From the NCBI GenBank assembly GCA_032718475.1, contig JAUCBJ010008277.1, forward strand, positions 1-64,000: a DNA stretch of 64,000 bases, in the 5' to 3' direction. This DNA is from Nemertoderma westbladi. Lineage: Eukaryota; Animalia; Xenacoelomorpha. The notes beneath the pieces are model-generated. The model saw only the letters and a program-made list of their open reading frames with translations, was not told where the DNA came from and did no database searches. Both the position numbers and the translations under genes were made by a program. The stretch's first letter is position 1. Each line of letters opens with the position of its first letter. This document shows, piece by piece, positions 48,321 through 61,873 of the stretch.

Positions 48321-50455
48321 GTAATCGGTTGACGTAGCCTGAGTCAGGTAATCGGTTGATGTAGCCTCAGTCAGGTAATCGGTTGATGTAGCCTGAGTCA
48401 GGTAATCGGTTGACGTAGTCTCAGTCAGGTAATCATCGGTTGACGTAGCCTGAGTCAGGTAATCGGTTGACGTAGCCTCGGTCAACTAATCGGTTGACGT
48501 AGCCTGAGTCAGGTAATCGGTTGACGTAGCCTGAGTCAGGTAATCGGTTGATGTGGCCTGAGTCAGGTAATCGGTTTACGTAGCCTCGGTCAGGTAATCG
48601 GTTGATGTAGCCTGGAGTCAGGTAATCGGTTGACGTAGTCTCAGTCAGGTAATCATCGGTTGACGTAGCCTGAGTCAGGTAATCGGTTGACGTAGCCTCG
48701 GTCAGCTAATCGGTTGACGTAGCCTGAGTCAGGTAATCGGTTGACGTAGCCTGAGTCAGGTAATCGGTTGATGTAGCCTGAGTCAGGTAATCGGTTGACG
48801 TAGCCTCAGTCAGGTAATCGGTTGACGTAGTCTCAGTCAGGTAATCGGTTGATGTAGCCTGAGTCAGGTAATCGGTTGATGTAGCCTGAGTCAGGTATTC
48901 GGTTGACGTAGCCTCAGTCAGGTAATCGGTTGACGTAGCCTGAGTCAGGTAATCGGTTGACGTAGTCTCAGTCAGGTAATCGGTTGATGTAGCCTGAGTC
49001 AGGTAATCGGTTGATGTAGCCTGAGTCAGGTATTCGGTTGACGTAGCCTCAGTCAGGTAATCGGTTGACGTAGCCTGAGTCAGGTAATCGGTTGACGTAG
49101 CCTGAGTCAGGTAATCGGTTGATGTAGCCTGAGTCAGGTAATCGGTTGACGCAGCCTGAGTCAGGTAATCGGTTGACGTAGCCTCAGTCAGGTAATCGGT
49201 TGACGTAGCCTGAGTCAGGTAATCGGTTGACGTAGCCTGAGTCAGGTAATCGGTTGATGTAGCCTGAGTCAGGTAATCGGTTGACGCAGCCTGAGTCAGG
49301 TAATCGGTTGACGTAGCCTGAGTCAGGTAGTCGGTTGACGTATCCTGAGTCAGGTAGTCGGTTGATGTAGCCTGAGTCAGGTAATCGGTTGACGTAGCCT
49401 GAGTCAGGTAATCGGTTGATGTAGCCTGAGTCAGGTAATCGGTTGACGCAGCCTGAGTCAGGTAATCGGTTGATGTAGCCTGAGTCAGGTAATCGGTTGA
49501 TATAGCCTGAGTTAGGTAATCGGTTGATGTAGCCTGAGTCAGGTAATCGGTTGATGTAGCCTGAGTCAGGTAATCAGTTGATGTAGCCTGAGTCAGGTAA
49601 TCGGTTGATGTAGCCTGAGTCAGGTAATCGGTTGATGTAGCCTCAGTCAGGTAATCGGTTGATGTAGCCTGAGTCAGGTGATCAGTTGATGTAGCCTGAG
49701 TCAGGTAATCGGTTGATGTAGCCTGAGTCAGGTAATCGGTTGATGTAGCCTCAGTCAGGTAATCGGTTGATGTAGCCTGAGTCAGGTGATCAGTTGATGT
49801 AGCCTGAGTCAGGTAATCGGTTGATGTAGCCTGAGTCAGGTAATCGGTTGATGTAGCCTCAGTAAGGTAATCGGTTGACGTAGCCTGAGTCAGGTAATCG
49901 GTTGATGTAGCCTGAGTCAGGTAATCGGTTGATGTAGCCTCAGTAAGGTAATCGGTTGACGTAGCCTGAGTCAGGTAATCGGTTGACGTAGCCTCAGTCA
50001 GGTAATCGGTTGATGTAGCCTGAGTCAGGTAATCAGTTGATGTAGCCTAAATCAGGTAATCGGTTGATGTAGCCTCTGTCCAGCAGTCAGGTATTCGGTT
50101 GATATAGCCTGAGTCAGGTAATCAGTTGATGTAGCCTGAGTCAGGTAATCGGTTGATGTAACCTGAGTCAGGTAATCGGTTGATGTAGCCTCAGTCCAGC
50201 AGTCAGGTAATCGGTTGATGTAGCCTCAATAAGGTAATCGGTTGACGTAGCCTGAGTCAGGTAATCGGTTGATGTAGCCTCTGTTCAGCAGTCAGGTAAT
50301 CGGTTGATGTAGCCTGAGTCAGGTAATCAGTTGATGTAGCCTGAGTCAGGTAATCGGTTGATGTAGCCTCAGTAAGGTGATCGGTTGACGTAGCCTGAGT
50401 CAGGTAATCGGTTGATGTAGCCTCAGTCACGTAATCGGTTGACGTAGTCTCAGTC
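48321..50455. repeat. Minisatellite, 27-bp unit (~79 copies)
   Basis: Unit gtaatcggttga(c/t)gtagcct(g/c)agtcag. Confidence 0.95.
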
Positions 50456-52226
50456 GAATGTGTTTATTATGTTTCAATTACGGGGTAATACCGGCATGTA
50501 ATTTCTTCCACCCCACCCCCACCCAGACCCACAACCAGTACTCCTATCCTATGGTAGTGGTTACAAGTAGGCCTATTATGGCATCGATGGCCCAACCTGG
50601 CAATCGTTCGAAGCCATTCTCGCCGCCACGACGACGACACTCAGCAGCACATTTCCAATTGGGATGCTACTTATTCTGTTGAAATTGACTTAATTTGGCA
50701 GATACTGTATTTATTTTCCTTAATCACCATTTAAGATGCCCATTACAGTGGGAGTACCGATAGGTTTTTGGCGCACTTTGACAAGCATTCCGACTTCTGT
50801 CACCTTCACCACAACACAGAACTGTACCAAACCTCTTTTCAACAGTTGTGCACGCTGGTAATTATTAATACATGGAAAATTATCAATGAAATATAATTAT
50901 GCTAAGCATGAATATTAATAATATGTATAAACCGTGGTAAGTAGGTAGAGTAGGTGCACATTAATATTATGTAATGTACCGGCGGTAGATATTAATACAA
51001 CACAAAAATTGTTTATTCCATTGTTACCTTCTTTCCAATGTTTTAATATTTACCAGCGTGCACCTACTGTACCTCACACCTACTTTACCATATTTATCCT
51101 CGATTAATATTTACCCCTTACATAATCAAAAGCATAGCATAACATTTACAATTGGTGGGAAATTTAAAACTTTCAGTTATATCTAACGTGTTAACGGTTA
51201 TATTGTATATATTCTATTTGCCTGAAGAAGGACTATAGTCAGAAAGCTAGAGCACTTATACCATAACTTAATTTTGCTTGCGGGTGCTGCTGACCTTCTT
51301 TCCCTTAATATACACCTTTTCGTTAGTGTTTGTGTTTGTGTACGTACAGTATACTGTAATATAATTAAAGAATTACAAATGAATTAACATAGTGAATATT
51401 AAATTTGAACCATTTTACTGTAGTTGTCGACGAACACTTCTATTATAGTCGAGTCAATAAGTATTTCGCAATCAATCAGAACCATACATTTTGGATTCTA
51501 TATTACCTTATTAATGACCAAAAAAAAGTCTATAAGATTTTATTTTGCGGAACATATGTTTATTCATGGAAATTCTGCGTAAATTTGAATAACACAAGCC
51601 AAACAAAAGGAACAGTAGGGAAAAGTAAGTAGCAAATTGGTGACGTTCCAGAATAATTTAATTAATTTCACAATAAGCTGTGATTCAATGGGAAATTAGT
51701 AATATTTACACTGGCGTGTTACACATTAATTGCTATATCTCGGAAACTAGAAGTCGCATCAAATTTTTAAATATATCAAAAACTTCACGATATATTAAGG
51801 TAACTGTTGTAAAAAAATAATGCGATTCCACTGCAAGGAAATTTCATAATTTCCATTAATGTTGGTGAAGATTTTTCACATAATTAAATTATGATTGCTC
51901 TATTGATTTTAGGTGTAATTTATTTATTTGTTTTAGTTTGAAAACCACAATAGTTTATCATATAACAAATAAATATTTTGGGGATAAGGGTTTTTGAGGT
52001 CGATAAATCCGATGGGCGTGGTTACATCCACCCGTTTAATAGAAGAGTTATGTAAATAAGATCCTTATATTGTACCAGCCAAATTGGTATTAAAAATGGT
52101 TAAATTATTAGACAAATTATCGTTGCTCTGGAAACTAGATTGGTAATATATACAAGTGCATACTTCTGTCAATGGATAGTCATTAGAGTAAAGTTTGTCT
52201 GTACCAAATTTTGAGAAAATCCCACC

Positions 52227-53035
52227 ATTGGGAAAGTGACCTATTGGGAAAGTGACCTATTGGGAAAGTGACCTATTGAGCAAGTGAGCTATTGGGAAAG
52301 TGACCTTTTAGGCAAGTGAGCTATTGGGAAAGTGACCTTTTGGACAAGTGACCTATTGGGCAAGTGACCTATTGGGAAAGTGACCTTTTGGGCAAGTGAG
52401 CTATTGGGAAAGTGACCTTTTGGACAAGTGACCTATTGGGAAAGTGACCTATTGGGAAAGTGACCAATTGGGCAAGTGAGCTATTGGGAAAGTGACCTTT
52501 TGGACAAGTGACCTATTTGGAAAGTGAGCTATTGGACAAGTGACCTATTGGGAAAGTGACCTATTGGGAAAGTGACCTATTGGGAAAGTGACCTATTGGG
52601 AAAGTGACCTATTGGGCAAGTGAGCTATTGGGAAAGTGGCCTTTTGGACAAGTGACCTATTGGGCAAGTGACCTATTGGGAAAGTGACCAATTGGGCAAG
52701 TGAGCTATTGGGAAAGTGACCTTTTGGACAAGTGACCTATTTGGAAAGTGAGCTATTGGGCAAGTGACCTATTGGGCAAGTGACCTATTGGGAAAGTGAC
52801 CTATTGGGCAATTGACCTATTGGGAAAGTGACCTATTGGGAAAGTGACCTATTGGGAAAGTGACCTATTGGGAAAGTGACCTATTGTGAAAGTGACCTAT
52901 TGGGAAAGTGACCTATTGGGCAAGTGACCTATTGGGAAAGTGACCTATTGGGAAAGTGACCTATTGGGCAAGTCACCTATTGGGAAAGTGACCTATTGGG
53001 AAAGTAACCTATTGGGAAGTGACCTATTGGGAAAG
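52227..53035. repeat. Minisatellite, 16-bp unit (~50 copies)
   Basis: Unit attggg(a/c)aagtga(c/g)ct with recurring variant blocks. Confidence 0.95.
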
Positions 53036-53960
53036 CAACACTATTGAAGAACTATTGGGGAACAACAATGCATGTGATAAAATTGAACTGACAAAGAGAC
53101 CTACTCCCACTTAATCAAGAGTCACCATCCAGACCAACCCCACCCACCCCCACCGAAGTAAAACCTTCTCTAAACCAAAACAATAAACTACATTTAGATA
53201 TACACTTTACAGTGACAATTTCTCAATTATGGCTCCACAATAAGTTAATTCCCGTCACGTAGGCCTAAATTGATTTCGGGAACTAGACTTCGGGTTCTAA
53301 AGATAATTAAAGATCTGGGGATATAAATTTTCCGGGAATTTAAACACACGGCGTCTCTATCTCCCTAGACGGTGTTGTTTATCTAAAATAAATCAATCGT
53401 GTCCCAGTGTCTTAGGATATAAAAGCCCAAAGCAGGAACATGCTAGAACTACTTACTAACTGTCCGACTAACTCTCGGTTTATGTAAATAGATCGAAAGT
53501 GGATTAATTTACTTTTCTGTAATTAGCATAAATCTGGCACGAGATAAATGCCAACTTATTACTCTAAATATATTACGTGGTATACTGTAAAATAATGTAA
53601 GTCTAAAAAATATATTGGGGAATAACTATTTTTTTATTGTGTTTTCAATTAGTTAGCAAACTTTTATATACAATATTATTCATTATTCATCCAAGTTATT
53701 TTGAACATAGATATTCTTTAAAGAGAAAAAAAAGAGAAGAAATTAAAAAGGTAGCATCAATCAGATTTGGCGGGTGGGGGACTTTCGACGCAATTAAATC
53801 TATTATCCCTTGCTTTAAATGTTCTATAAGGGCAGTGAGGTAAGGTAATCAAGGCATATTTATAGGGTTTTAATTATACATTTATCATATCGATATGACC
53901 ACCTTTACAAAAAATGATTACATTTGACTTGTTCGTGTCCTTATTTACTGTGCGAAACAT

Positions 53961-54610
53961 CTACTACTATAATCGGCCTGCTGCATTGAAACTGCACATT
54001 GTAATGCTAAGTCAGCTTATCAAAAACATTTTGCAACCACCATGCAATCCACAATTGTCAAGCCCAATGCAGCGTGCATTAGGAATGCTATGCCGGATTA
54101 TCAACAAAATTGCGCCGCCACAACTCCCTATCACCCATGACATTTGCTAGATAATCCGCATCTTCAAGGCCAGTGTCCTTTAAGATACGTCTCAAGAAAG
54201 TCATGGGATGTCCACCATGCTTATTCACTCAATGAGGCTGCCAAAGCACAAGATTATGCACTGGCTGGTCCTCACGGCGAAAGCAATGTCCTGCAAAGCG
54301 GAGACGGCTTTTTGTTCTAATGTCAAGCTTGGTGGAACCAATGGGACACCTCCAATGTTATATAGTATCTGGTTGGAGGTGTGTGCATTGTAGTTGACAC
54401 AATGAACCCGGCGTAGCATTCTTGTGAATTTGCCATCCAGAGATTTGGTGTCCTCGGTAGTTAGAGCCCAACATGGACTCCCATAGAGGAGTACTGGAAC
54501 TACTGCTGCTCTAAATAATGTTACCTTAAGTTACCGATGAATTCTGCATCCTGGAAAGCCTATTCAAGGCTGCCCATGCGTTTCCCTTACGTATTCGAAG
54601 GTCACCTGCC
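53961..54610 (-). mobile_element. 3' part of RTE-like LINE (same family as 12860-13450)
   Basis: Minus strand DLRIRKGNAWAALN..VVPVLLYGSPCWALT..LDGKFTRMLRRVH..HTSNQILYN; (TAG)n tail. Confidence 0.75.
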
Positions 54611-54660
54611 TGGAATAGTGGGGCGAAACACAATATTGATAAGATATACATCAGGGCCTA

Positions 54661-55353
54661 CTTAAATACCACCTGCCAAATGGCAGCAAGGCCAAAATAT
54701 TAGTGGGTCGATTTTTCAAAGTTGTCGTGGTGGTTTATATATTTGTATAAAGACAATCCAAGTGTTCTATATTCTCTTAAATTTTATGCAGATTTCAAAT
54801 ATGCAATCGGTTTTGTCACACCTTTCTTAGTTTTCGAAATACTTCACGAAAACCAATGGGTACCCAAAAGTTGGGTTCACCATGAAAGTTTCAATAATCG
54901 AGAATCTTTAAAACTCATCATGGCAAATAAATAAGTATTACTTGTATCCGAAAAATGAAATTTTCATGTTGAACCAACATTTGGCACCCAGTGGAAAGTA
55001 GCATGTAACACATTAACCATTCGTCTGTAAAATATTTCCATCATATACGTTTGCCATCCTTGAAAACCTTTATATGTCGCAAATGAGGTCTGACTGGTGA
55101 GTTTAAAGATTCTGGATTATTGAAACTTTCATGGTGAACCCACTTTTTGGGTACCCATTGGTTTTCGTGAAATATTTCGAAAACTATGAAAGATGTGGCA
55201 AAACCGATTGCATATTTGAAATCTCCATAAAATTTCAGATAATATAGAACAACTTGATTGTCTTTATACAAATATATATACTGCCACGACAACATTGAAA
55301 AATCGACCCACTAATATTTTGGCCTTGCTGCCATTTGGCAGGTGGTATTTAAG
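54661..55353. mobile_element. MITE with ~250-bp TIRs
   Basis: TA-CTTAAATACCACCTGCCAAATGGCAGCAAGGCC...GGCCTTGCTGCCATTTGGCAGGTGGTATTTAAG-TA. The target could be TA or TTAA. Confidence 0.85.
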
Positions 55354-56344
55354 TAATGTAGGCCATGACAGTATGCTGAATATCTTGTCCTTTGAGTATC
55401 ACCGGCATTTGACATGTGAATAATAATATCGTCTAACAATTATTGTTGTTCTTCGATATATCATTGTCCGTTTTTTAATCGCTTTATTGACACTGAGGGC
55501 TGTTGCTGTTATCATACGGTATGATAGGTTTCTCTTGTAATATAATAATAGTTATCGGAACTTTTCCCACTTGTACTGTAGTAATTTAGTATGTACATTA
55601 TCATTCGCCCCTTCGGTATTTACTCCATTCAGACATAGTAGGCCCTACAGTAAATACAACGAGTGCTACAATTAGTGCCAAAATAGAGAACTCAATAAGA
55701 TTTAACTTATATTGATATATTATTTTGAAACTACGAGTAGGTATTTTGAAACTGCGTTTAGGTAATTTGAAACTACGCGTAGCACTTCGCGTAGGTGCTA
55801 CGCGTAGCAGTCCTGATAACAAAACTATTTCATTTCAGGTCCGGTAGGGCTTATGTAGAGTTGTTAGGCAAGTTTCGGTAATGTCAGGTATCGGATTATC
55901 AGACAAACTGAAATAACGGAATCGGTAGCTCATCTATCTTCCTCTACATAAGACCCTATGGTAATAAATAATATTTGGCTCTTTCACTGTTTCACATACG
56001 AACACAGGATGAATAAAAAGTATAAGGCCTACTTAAAATTCACTTATATTAACAAGTCTCTTTGTTTCCATTGGATAATTTAACTATTCTACGGTACTAC
56101 TTACTGTAAGCTTAAGCTACCAGTCTACCGGTGAAGTGGTTAATCGAAAGCTGATAATTTAATTTAATTGATATTCGTACATATGAATAAACGATAGACA
56201 TAGTACACGGTACGTAGACATATTATTAGTAAAGTAGCACAATATTAATGACGTAGGCCTATGTAATGAATAACTGACAGAACACGTAGTAAATGACACG
56301 GCATCGAACAAATAATTATAGGCAATAATATAAAGAATATTTAA

Positions 56345-57055
56345 CTAACATGTAGTAATATAATTAAGGATATCAGTAATCTCATCAACATTAAAACCAG
56401 GTATATCAATATTGCTACAACGACAATTAATTAATTCCCTACACAATTCTAATTTCCATCTATCAGCTACATCAAAAGGAACGTAGTTCAACTTATTAAC
56501 GTGCGTAACATTGATCGAGTTAATGAGAGGTATTTTACACAGATTTGCGATAGAACGTAAATTGCACCCACTTCGCGAACGACAATCATATAAAAATAAT
56601 TTTGCTAAATAACGAATGCTTGATTTTTCAGACTGCACTAAACTGGTACAAAATCTTATAAAACGTGAATATAACATAATACTGGGGTGTTTAAACTGCA
56701 TTAAATTTTCTACAATATATCTATGTGATGTAAAAGGCAATCTAAAAATAATCCTAATATTAATATTCCATGAACTGTATATACGAGTACACGATGCAGA
56801 AAAAAGATCCCATAAATTACTACCGTAGAAGGATGTGCAATAAATACGCTGAATATTACTCAAAACATACGGATCAGAAAAATAGAATTCTTGTCGAAGT
56901 GCATTGAGCTTTCCTATAAATTTTCCCCGTTTTCGTATAATATCAGACTCCATTGTGTTCTGGAAATCTAACATGTTTCCTAGATGCAACGCCTCCCTGA
57001 CCCAAGGAAGTGGTCTCCCGTTCAGCATTACTGACGCTGTGGGTTTAAACCACAC
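56345..57055 (-). mobile_element. 5'-truncated LINE (L2/Daphne-group-like), C-terminal ORF2 region
   Basis: LPWV..HLGN..DI.RKRGKFIGK.N...F....YCTSFYGSNLW...WN..IR.IF.LP..SHR, typical of post-RT LINE C-termini. The frame is still open. Confidence 0.75.
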
Positions 57056-58270
57056 TCTCCCAAATAATAATGTAAAGTAATAAATAAAGTAATAATGTAT
57101 AAAATCAAACTGTTTCGTAAAAACAACAAGTACTGTAAGTGCAACAAATCATTGTAGACAATAAATTATTCTCCCTCTCCCCTTATCAACGGGTTAGCAC
57201 ATTAAATATATCCTTGCTCTCTATTTCCTTGTAAACTATTTTTGAACTCTAAACATTATAACACATTATTGCGCGTGCAACACATGAAGTGAAGAATACA
57301 GTATGTTGTAGCATATACCACTACAGGGAGTATACAGATACTGTATATATACGTGACGTGTGGTCTATTGAACATACAGTATTATCATATTTTAGTATTG
57401 AACCGCTTGGAATTAATGATATAACGTTGTATACGCATAGTTATGACGGGTAGCACCTACGTACGCGTAGTTTGCGTAGCACCTACGCGTAGTTTGCGTA
57501 GGACCTACGTACGCGTAGTTTGCGTAGGACCTACGCGTACAGTAGTTAATATTAAAACACTGAAACTGGTGATATATGACCCAATGTGTCGAACTACGCG
57601 TAGGTCGAAAAGATTAATTGGCAAATTATCGTTTGTTGGTGAGTCACAGATCGCAATAACTACTTTCAGTGTTTGACTTATTTATCATTGATTGATCATA
57701 TCATTGATCATTAGATCATTATAAGTACTTTTATATTGTTATTAATGAAACACAGTACAATAATATACTAATATCGATAGAACGCGGCCAATACACACTA
57801 CACGTGGGATCTAATTTCGCTTCTCCTCTAGCGTGTGCTAAGAAATTTGTATAAATTGGGATCTAAGTTCACCTAACACCTACGATCTAAGTTCGATTTG
57901 CTTTCAACGTGGAGAAGTTCAACGCTATTCACTATTCACTCGTTATCTAAAATCTTGATTGCAGATACTGTATTATATTTGTTTTCAATCATATATTTTA
58001 TTTACTATCTATATCTAATCTTTAGAAATATATCTAATATATTTACATATAATAAATTGTACGTCTATATTGTGCAGTATATATGTTATGTTGAGAAAAT
58101 TAAAAAAAATTGATTTGATTTGATTTGAGCTTCGCGACTACAGTAGCATGACGATTTCAAAGGCTTTTAATAGGATAAAGTGGGGTCATGTTCACCTTTG
58201 TTAGGATCTAAGTTCACCCAGATAGGATATCTAAGTTCACCCAGATAGGATCTACGTTCGCATATATAGG

Positions 58271-60800
58271 GGTAGGTACTAAAATGCACAACGAGCAACA
58301 ATGACCAACAACGAGCAACAATGAGCAACAATGAGCAACAATAAGCAACAACCAACAACAATGAGCAACAACGAGCAACAATGACCAACAACGAGCAACA
58401 ATGACCAACAACGAGCAACACTGACCAACAACGAGCAACAATGAGCAACAACCAACAACAATGAGCAACAACGAGCAATAATAAAGTACAACAACGAGCA
58501 ACAATGACCAACAACGAGCAACAATGAGCAACAATTAGCAACAACCAACAACAATGAGCAACAACGAGCAACAATGACCAACAACGAGCAACAACGAGCA
58601 ACAATAAGCAACAACCAACAACAATGAGCAACAACGAGCAACAATGACCAACAACGAGCAATAATAAAGTACAACAACGAGCAACAATGACCAACAACGA
58701 GCATCAATGAGCAACAATAAGCAACAACCAACAACAATGAGCAACAACGAGCAACAATGACCAACAACGAGCAACAATAAGCAACAACCAACAACAATGA
58801 GCAACAACGAGCAACAATGATCAACAACGAGCAACAATGAGCAACAATAAGCAACAACCAACAACAATGAGCAACAACGAGCAACAATGACCAATAACGA
58901 GAAACAATGAGCAACAATAAGCAACAACCAACAACAATGAGCAACAACGAGCAACAATGATCAACAACGAGCAACAATGAGCAACAACCAACAACAATGA
59001 GCAACAACGAGCAACAATGATCAACAACGAGCAACAATGATCAACAACGAGCAACAACGAGCCATAATAAAGTACAAAAACAAGTAACAATGAGCAACAA
59101 CGAGGGACAATGATCAACAACGAGCAACAATGAGCAACAACGAGCAACAACGAGCAACAATGAGCAACAATGAGCAACAACGAGCAACAATGAGCAACAA
59201 CGAGCAACAATGACCAACAACGAGCAACAATGAGCAACAATGATCAACAACGAACAATAATAAAGTACAACAACGAGAAACAATGAGCAAGAACGAGCAA
59301 CAATGAGCAACAACAAGCAACAATGAGGAAGAACGAACAACAACGAGCAACAATGAGGAACAACGTTAACGAGCAACAACGAGCAAAAATGAGCAACAAC
59401 GAGCAACAATGAGGAACAACGAACAACAACGAGCAACAACGAGCAACAACGAGCAACAATGAGAAACAACGAGCAATAATAAATTACAACAACGAGCAAC
59501 CATGAGCATCAACGAGCAACCAAAATAGCAATAAATTTTGGTGGTAACCAAAACAATAAACGAAAGTAAAGACGTTACAAGATTATGGGTCCGGTCACAA
59601 AAAGCTGAGGTAATAAGGGTCCGGTCAATAATACACAAGTAAAATATAAATCAAATATAAAGCTTCAATCAGTCAATACGGTATTTAGAGGGTCATGTAC
59701 GGTCAGTTAGCCACTTCCCTGTAACTCCTGCGCAACTAACTGGACCAACCTTAACCCAGTAACCTAAATAACAAATCAAATACAAAATAGGCTTGGCCTA
59801 CCCCATCCCACAAGCTATACAGTATACAGTAGTCTGTAATATAGAACGCTAGGCAGACTTCAGGACTGCCAGGCAATCAGGTCAGGTCACTGTCCAACTG
59901 TATAAAATACAAAATAATAATACGAAAACCAGTTCACACTTCACTCAGTACCGTACATAACACAGTCAGAATCAGATAATAGGTTGAGGGGCTGGAGGGC
60001 CCTGAAACCGCATTGTACCGATAATAGAACTACATGACTTTACCGCAATTCATTAATTATCTCTGTATCTCCAACATTTCAGCATTTAGGCTTTTAGGTA
60101 TTATGTTAGTACCGGTAAGTTTCATCGACACTATCCGAACAGAACAAAACTGATAGACTGAAATCAGGTAAACTGATAAATATTTGTAGTAGGCCTACCG
60201 GTCCCGGTATCAGGTATAGCAGTATTGTGCACCATCTGACCATCTTGATAACATTGAACATTGCGGGTATGGAAGCATTTTTTATTAAGTTATTGGTTGG
60301 GAATTAATTTATATCCTACATATATATTCGGGATTACTGGGATACATATTACTGCATAACCTATATGGAATTTTGACAAAAAGCGCGCCACACGCCACTG
60401 TTCCTTCGCGCCAGGATCCTAAATGCGCGCCACACATGTTGAAGAAACTCTACATAAATTCCAACCTGGCTGCATAACAGCATAAGTATCATTGTTGCTC
60501 GTTGTTGTAGGCCTACTTTATTATTGCTCGTTGTTGCTAGTTGTTACTCGTTGTTGCTCGTTGTTGATCATTGCTGCTCGTTGTTGTACTTTATTATTGC
60601 TCGTTGTTGATCATTGTTGCTCGTTGTTGTACTTTATTATTGCTCGTTGTTGATCATTATTGCTCGTTGTTGCTCGTTGTTGATCATTGTTGCTCGTTGT
60701 TGTACTTTATTATTGCTCGTTGTTGATCATTGTTGCTCGTTGTTGTACTTTATTATTATTATTTATTGTTGCTCGTTATCTGGTTATTGCTCATTGTTAC
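58271..60800. mobile_element. Second copy of the foldback element (right TIR not found)
   Basis: Starts GGTAGGTACTAAAATGCAC with the same 10-bp arms. Interior 59546-60350 is homologous to 45972-46341 plus 47041-47270. Confidence 0.85.
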
Positions 60801-61873
60801 GGCCCCCGGTTAACTCGATGGCATGGCCTTGTATATAGTAAGCCTTGATTAGGGGCCTATTATATTTATTTATACAAGACTTATATATTTTTTCCTTTTA
60901 ATTTATTGTGTTAATCAGTTAATCCACAATATATTCAATCAGTGCGGCTCACTGGCAAATGCCATGGTAGTTATGTTTTATGTTATTAGTCAGTTTGTTG
61001 TTTTGTTTGATTTTCAAGGCATTTTGACAAAATTTCGCATTCAATAAAGGCACTGCATCCAAAAAATAGCTCATCAAATTTTACAGATTTTTTAGCATAT
61101 TTGTAGCGCTTGTATTTTTCACAAATATATTGTTTTGGGTTACTTTTTTTGCCCTGTTTGTATAGCTTTTTTTTAAATTTCCAATGTTGCCCACATAAGG
61201 GGGTAGGCCTATGCCAGTATGTTAAAGCAAAAACCAAGCTAATTTATATTTTAAAAGGTCTATCAGTCAATAGAAGATCACTTTTTAAATTTTAATAAAA
61301 TGTGCAAAAACTAAAATAGAACAAATTGTTAAATACTTATTGTGAGTTGTGACGATTAGATATCAAACTTTCTTTTAATTTTACTTCTTCATACTTCCCT
61401 TAAAATTATGATGGAAAACTTTGACAGTTTGAGGTTTATTAAAAAGTGTGCTCACATTCGGGTGTTGACGGTCATTGTTTAATTATTAATTGTTTAATTC
61501 TTTAATAATGTTAATATTGTGGCATGCTATTTGTTATTAATGATTATGTAGGCCTAGTGAAATTAATTGTTAATACAGTAATATTGTAAAAAAAATGTCT
61601 TATAAAATTGCAATTTTTTTTCCGAATTCCCAAAATTCCCAAATTTTTACAAAAATAGCAGTCTTTTCTCACTGAGACCGGGTCGGGTAGTGAATGAATT
61701 TTGAAAAAAAAGTATAAGTATTTTCCCACGGAACACTATAAATGGGCAATTTTGAAAAAAAAATCACAAGTGGTGTGCATGCACCAAAGTAATTACTGAA
61801 TTATGCCTATTCTCCTGTAGCGCTGCAGGCCCTGATAACGGTAATACCTGAATACTGTAATAATTAGCGAAAA

